A stretch of 64,000 nt of DNA, taken from contig OY759316.1 of assembly GCA_963662275.1 (NCBI GenBank), positions 288,001 to 352,000 of the forward strand. The letters are read 5' to 3'. Within the stretch, counting starts at the first letter, position 1, and each line of letters begins with the position of its first letter. This DNA comes from Candidatus Cloacimonadales bacterium. GTDB lineage: Bacteria; Cloacimonadota; Cloacimonadia; Cloacimonadales; DAONDQ01. This document shows, in pieces, positions 60,901 to 64,000 of the stretch. The notes beneath the pieces are model-generated. The model was given only the letters and a program-made list of their open reading frames with translations, searched no databases and had not been told where the DNA came from. Both the position numbers and the translations under genes were made by a program.

Positions 60901-63747
60901 TATATTGTTACCAAATTGACTCTTGACTTTCAGCATGACATATTTGCCATTACCGCCAGAACTGGTACCGAAAGGTACTACATACTGATGCCAGCCAGTG
61001 GTCGCTGTCGGTGCAAAAACACCGTCTCTCGGAACAAAAGTCAGTTTGGTTGCTGATGTTGTATCGGTAGGAGATGTTCCGTACCATACTGCGACGCCTT
61101 CATCTGAGAATTTAACAGTATTATAACTGCCGCTCAGATCGCGGTACATCCAGAAGGTAACACGATAATCATCACCAGGAACATTCATCGGTGGAGTTGA
61201 CATCACTGCATGGTTTCCACCGGTAATACTATACGCATTATAGCGAGTCATTCCAACACCGCTATGAGGTGTACAGGCAGGATTAGTTGATGATGTTGTC
61301 TGATAATCCCAGGCTACTGTTGAAGGTGTAGCAATCACCGGGATTTGAGGATCAAGCGCAGAGATGGACTGATTTGTCCAGCCATAAGGTCCGGAATAGG
61401 CTCTGTTAACATCAAAGCTTTCCACTAATGGGAAAGTTGTGACTAACGGATTCGGACCGACCGTAAATGTCCATACACTTGGTGTTCCGCCTGTTACGCC
61501 AAAATCGTTCTTCGGAACGATCTTCCAGGTGTAGGCTTGACCGTAGGTCATGGTTGGAGGTGTCCAGCTCAAAGGAGTGGTCACCGTTGCATTGGCTGTA
61601 CCTGGCATCGTGGTTCCGAAATACACATCATAGGCTGTGGCGTTCGTCACGGAAGACCAGGTAAGTGTTGCATTGTTCATCACCGGGTTGGCAGCATCAG
61701 CAGGATAAGGAGTCGTAGCAACTCCGGTTACTAATGAAGCTGTCGTGAATGACCAGGTTGCAGGGGTACTGCAATCACCAACAGCATTTTTAGGAACGAT
61801 TTTCCAATAATAGGGAGTTCCTGCTGTTAGTGGTGAACCATAAGTATAGGTAGAATCTGCTCCATTGTTATAATTACTTACAAGTTCATTGGCAGCAGCA
61901 GATGTGCCGAGATTGAACCAGTAACCTGTCGGAGCTGCGCCTAAAGGACCTCTGTGCCAGGTAAAGGTTGGAGAAGGTCCGACCAGGGTTGCAGTAATAG
62001 CCGGGTATGGCGTCGATGCTGCATCCGGAGTCTGCGGGATCTTCTCAATAATTATATCATCAATATACTGGGATGAACCATATAAGCTCAAACCTTTGAA
62101 GAATATGTATCTGCCAGAACCGGCTCCAACTGGAAGCGCTTGAGTAATTTGCTCCCAGCCCGTGGTTGCATTATAGCAGACTGCTGTTGTAAGCAGAGTG
62201 GCACCAGACAGGGTTGGACTGCTGTTGATATAAACTTCAGTTTTTTCATTAAGGTAAGTAGGATAACCATTATAATGACGATACTGGAATTTAACTCTGC
62301 AGGCATCAGCCGGCAAAGTCAAACGCGGAGAAATTAAAACACCCTGTGTTCCTGTGGAAAATCCGCCTGAACCAAAATAGGCTGAGCGTGTACCACTAAC
62401 ATAATAAGATGTTGAAGGAGCCCATATACCGGTAGATGCTGTTGTAATATCGGTTTTATAGGTTGTCCAGCCAACAGGCATCGTGGCGGCGGCATCAAAG
62501 TTCTGGTTCACAGAAGCTGAACCGAGGTTCACTGTCTGGTCTGCCCAGGTTGTAAACGTAGGTGTCGATGGTATTCCAGTCGAAGGACCTAATGCGTTTC
62601 TTCCAACGACTTTCCAGGTATAAGCCTGGCTATATGACAATTCACCAGGATCCCAGTAAACATAACTGGCTCCGGCATTGGGAACTACGTTCGCATTCGG
62701 TGTACCGGGCATGGTTATACCGAAGTACACATCATAGGATGTTGCACCGGAAAGTACTGACCATTGCAGGATACCGATATTGCTGACATTGCTTGCGCCA
62801 GTCGCAGGTAAAAAACCTGTGACAACACCTGTCAGCACTGAAGCAATCGTAAATTTCCAGATCGGTGTATAGGGGGCAGTACCTGATCCATCATAAGGAA
62901 CAGCAGCCCACCAATAAGCTGTCGAAGCAGCGAGGTTTGAGCCGGGAGTATAGGTATAAACAAGTCCAATATCAACGCCATTGGCATAGGTTGTCGGAAG
63001 CGTTGTACCCGAACCGTCAGTTCCTAAATATATCCTGTAGCCAGTGGGCGCATTGCCGTTACCGGCATTCCAAGTAAATGTAGGTCTGTAGCCAAGCCCT
63101 GTTGCCTGATGCATGGGAGCTGTAAATTCAGCTTGTGTGGGAGTGGCTAAGGAAGCTGTAAAAGATGTGAAATTAAGTCTGATATTCGGACGGGTGGACG
63201 TAGCCGTACCCGTTCCTGTGGGTATAGTATCAGCGCGTATGTACCAAGCTGAATTTGTTCCTGTAGTAACAGAGGCATAATATTGCGGATACGGGCTGTT
63301 GCCGCTGCCACCATAGTTACATTCCACCAGGACTTCCAAGTTGTTGGCATTATAATTGAAGTCTGCTGGCAAAGTCACATTTGCCCATGTTTGTAGAGTC
63401 AAACTGGCAATTGTACCAGTGTAAACAGCAGTCAAGCCGGTAGTCTTGGTTGCCCAAGTTTCTGCGACTTCTGCCGTAGCTGTGGTTGTTCTCATATAAA
63501 CGACCACGGGAATATTGGCAGTTGCCTTCGTAAGGTTTGGCAGGAAGCCCACGGAGCTAATCATGCCATAGCCTCCAATTTCTGTTGCCGTATAAATTTG
63601 GGCGGAACGCATGTAGCCATAATAACTGCCCCAACCATCGTAGCTTGTGGCTGATCCACCGCCGATTAAGGTAACTGCAGCAAACGCCGTTGTTACGCCG
63701 AGTATCAGAACAATCAATAAAATCGTTCTCTTTTGTAGATTTCTCAT
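57994..63747 (-). CDS. Giant (~1900 aa) secreted surface protein: FN3-like repeats, cleaved-adhesin-like domains, GEVED domain
   Basis: Signal peptide from ATG 63747 (RBS GAGGAG); repeated L.W...Y.VYFG...Y.WK.V..N..G modules; WGETEDY; NDWLISP; Pro7 linker. Confidence 0.85.
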   Translation of the reverse strand: MRNLQKRTILLIVLILGVTTAFAAVTLIGGGSATSYDGWGSYYGYMRSAQIYTATEIGGYGMISSVGFLPNLTKATANIPVVVYMRTTTATAEVAETWATKTTGLTAVYTGTIASLTLQTWANVTLPADFNYNANNLEVLVECNYGGSGNSPYPQYYASVTTGTNSAWYIRADTIPTGTGTATSTRPNIRLNFTSFTASLATPTQAEFTAPMHQATGLGYRPTFTWNAGNGNAPTGYRIYLGTDGSGTTLPTTYANGVDIGLVYTYTPGSNLAASTAYWWAAVPYDGSGTAPYTPIWKFTIASVLTGVVTGFLPATGASNVSNIGILQWSVLSGATSYDVYFGITMPGTPNANVVPNAGASYVYWDPGELSYSQAYTWKVVGRNALGPSTGIPSTPTFTTWADQTVNLGSASVNQNFDAAATMPVGWTTYKTDITTASTGIWAPSTSYYVSGTRSAYFGSGGFSTGTQGVLISPRLTLPADACRVKFQYRHYNGYPTYLNEKTEVYINSSPTLSGATLLTTAVCYNATTGWEQITQALPVGAGSGRYIFFKGLSLYGSSQYIDDIIIEKIPQTPDAASTPYPAITATLVGPSPTFTWHRGPLGAAPTGYWFNLGTSAAANELVSNYNNGADSTYTYGSPLTAGTPYYWKIVPKNAVGDCSTPATWSFTTASLVTGVATTPYPADAANPVMNNATLTWSSVTNATAYDVYFGTTMPGTANATVTTPLSWTPPTMTYGQAYTWKIVPKNDFGVTGGTPSVWTFTVGPNPLVTTFPLVESFDVNRAYSGPYGWTNQSISALDPQIPVIATPSTVAWDYQTTSSTNPACTPHSGVGMTRYNAYSITGGNHAVMSTPPMNVPGDDYRVTFWMYRDLSGSYNTVKFSDEGVAVWYGTSPTDTTSATKLTFVPRDGVFAPTATTGWHQYVVPFGTSSGGNGKYVMLKVKSQFGNNIYVDDVRVEKIPTAPLPAYVTHPTNGATSIALTDSLSWIKDSSGPDPTGYLIYLGTNNPPTNMVDSVDVGLVNKYMPAGLALNGHYYWKVVPYNLVGHATGCPVWSFYTVGVPGVVTVHTPADSAANVGRNASVTWGAVATATSYDVYFGQTLPGTANANVTTPLTWTPPTMTANTMYLWKVVAKNTYGDAVGSSTWRFTTGTGWVYSESYATSIYDDDIGQFLMADVTNPAVHPDSIPNAASENTYTDYTAITIHVQQGHSYPTQIHQISEDNFYPCWGKVFIDFNQNGTFDLPDEQVLSGQTSSTHMQVNGFISIPWDVLLGDTRLRVVLKESGTELNTLPVGTYSWGETEDYTINVVEAPPPPPPPSAFVDSPLDLATNVSLMPTCAWHPNLIYGPPSGYKISLGTNNPPTNLLFEQNLGNVTTYTPEIGDLAYSTHYYWQIIPYNPGGNADSCSVWQFTTMDDPTITDFPYFEGFEDSIFPPAGWVADQWSRTTGSHEGTYGARATYTPAGTKTLTTPQINGDLNYMSWWWKNNDMATGKIVAHDTTYVEITTDGGTTWTVLTSLSAASVETAYHQEFVGLESYSGIIQIRWRYVTDASYSAFGVGLDDIQINGVPQPAKFQMILPVTPLGGSSSGFFNIQDIPDLAYTTGTITYSEGLSGPATFTTLGANGSIDIEITYTPIEQGLFTGLVSVTSNGGDFTIEVVSNAGINAVTWEAVPAGWSVYNLDTDDFTWDIYTGEAHSGTNSAGVYWNSAGCNDWLISPRYDIQDGDILSFYAKCMDADYPEAMQVIMSTTGQTPVDFTATPLLNLTIDSVLYTGYSVDLSPYTGQTASFAFHCSSVDAYFLSLDDVGLPGLAPPIIPSVPDSIFLTVVPTGVQLDWNPASDATGYNVYKSADPYASDSLWTYVTTVSTNSYLDTSSIFKNFYKIIAVNNTKSGRNNAHALKAQNPLQIKHDISARKQH

Positions 63748-64000
63748 ATCCATCTCCTCATTTCTTGCTCTCATGAGAATTATCGAAAACTCTCAAACAG
63801 AACAAAGTTTTATGAACTCTTCAAATTCTTCAAAACAATCAGAAAATGTATTTAATATTACTAAACATATAAATGTCAGCGTAAAGTTATCTGTCAAACT
63901 ATTTTTTACAATTAATTTTAGATTTCTCAACAAATCTTCCTCTTTCGTAGAGATGCCTGAATTGGGCTACCAATGGCTATCGTTTACGAAAGGAAATGGA

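Noticed and set aside
1279..63350. Numerous 60-150-aa ORFs overlapping long genes
   Set aside because: Antisense or alternate-frame shadows of well-supported CDSs with no recognisable motifs.

Overview
AT-rich chromosomal window from a diderm (lpxK), anaerobic, amino-acid-fermenting bacterium (lysine 5,6-aminomutase kamDE). The many secreted proteins with an 'NYPNPFN' FlgD/T9SS-type tail suggest Cloacimonadota or a related FCB lineage; this taxonomy is inference. Core genes: lemA-lpxK-rpsU-cvpA-mutS2-dnaG-rpoD, an NtrY/NtrX-like pair, a THUMP rRNA methyltransferase, ptrB and a SWIM-SNF2 helicase. Envelope genes: two LVIVD proteins, two paralogous large FN3/adhesin proteins, an S8 protease, a barrel plus FN3 lipoprotein pair, a PDZ-barrel fusion and a NEW3/ABC-2/two-component operon. 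I saw no rRNA, tRNA, CRISPR array, transposase, integrase or reverse transcriptase. The most unusual signals are mostly non-coding: (1) a run of co-oriented accessory genes at 39-46 kb separated by mosaics of shuffled repeat modules, with GCAGA recurring at junctions and 7-bp tracts supplying stop codons; (2) an element with 11-bp TTGGAGTTCAA-type boxes 53-55 bp apart enclosing a co-varying stem and variable loop; (3) two head-to-head 11-bp-period arrays; (4) a putative ABC exporter whose partner carries an MFP-like hairpin in inverted topology. All calls were made by eye, without database searches.
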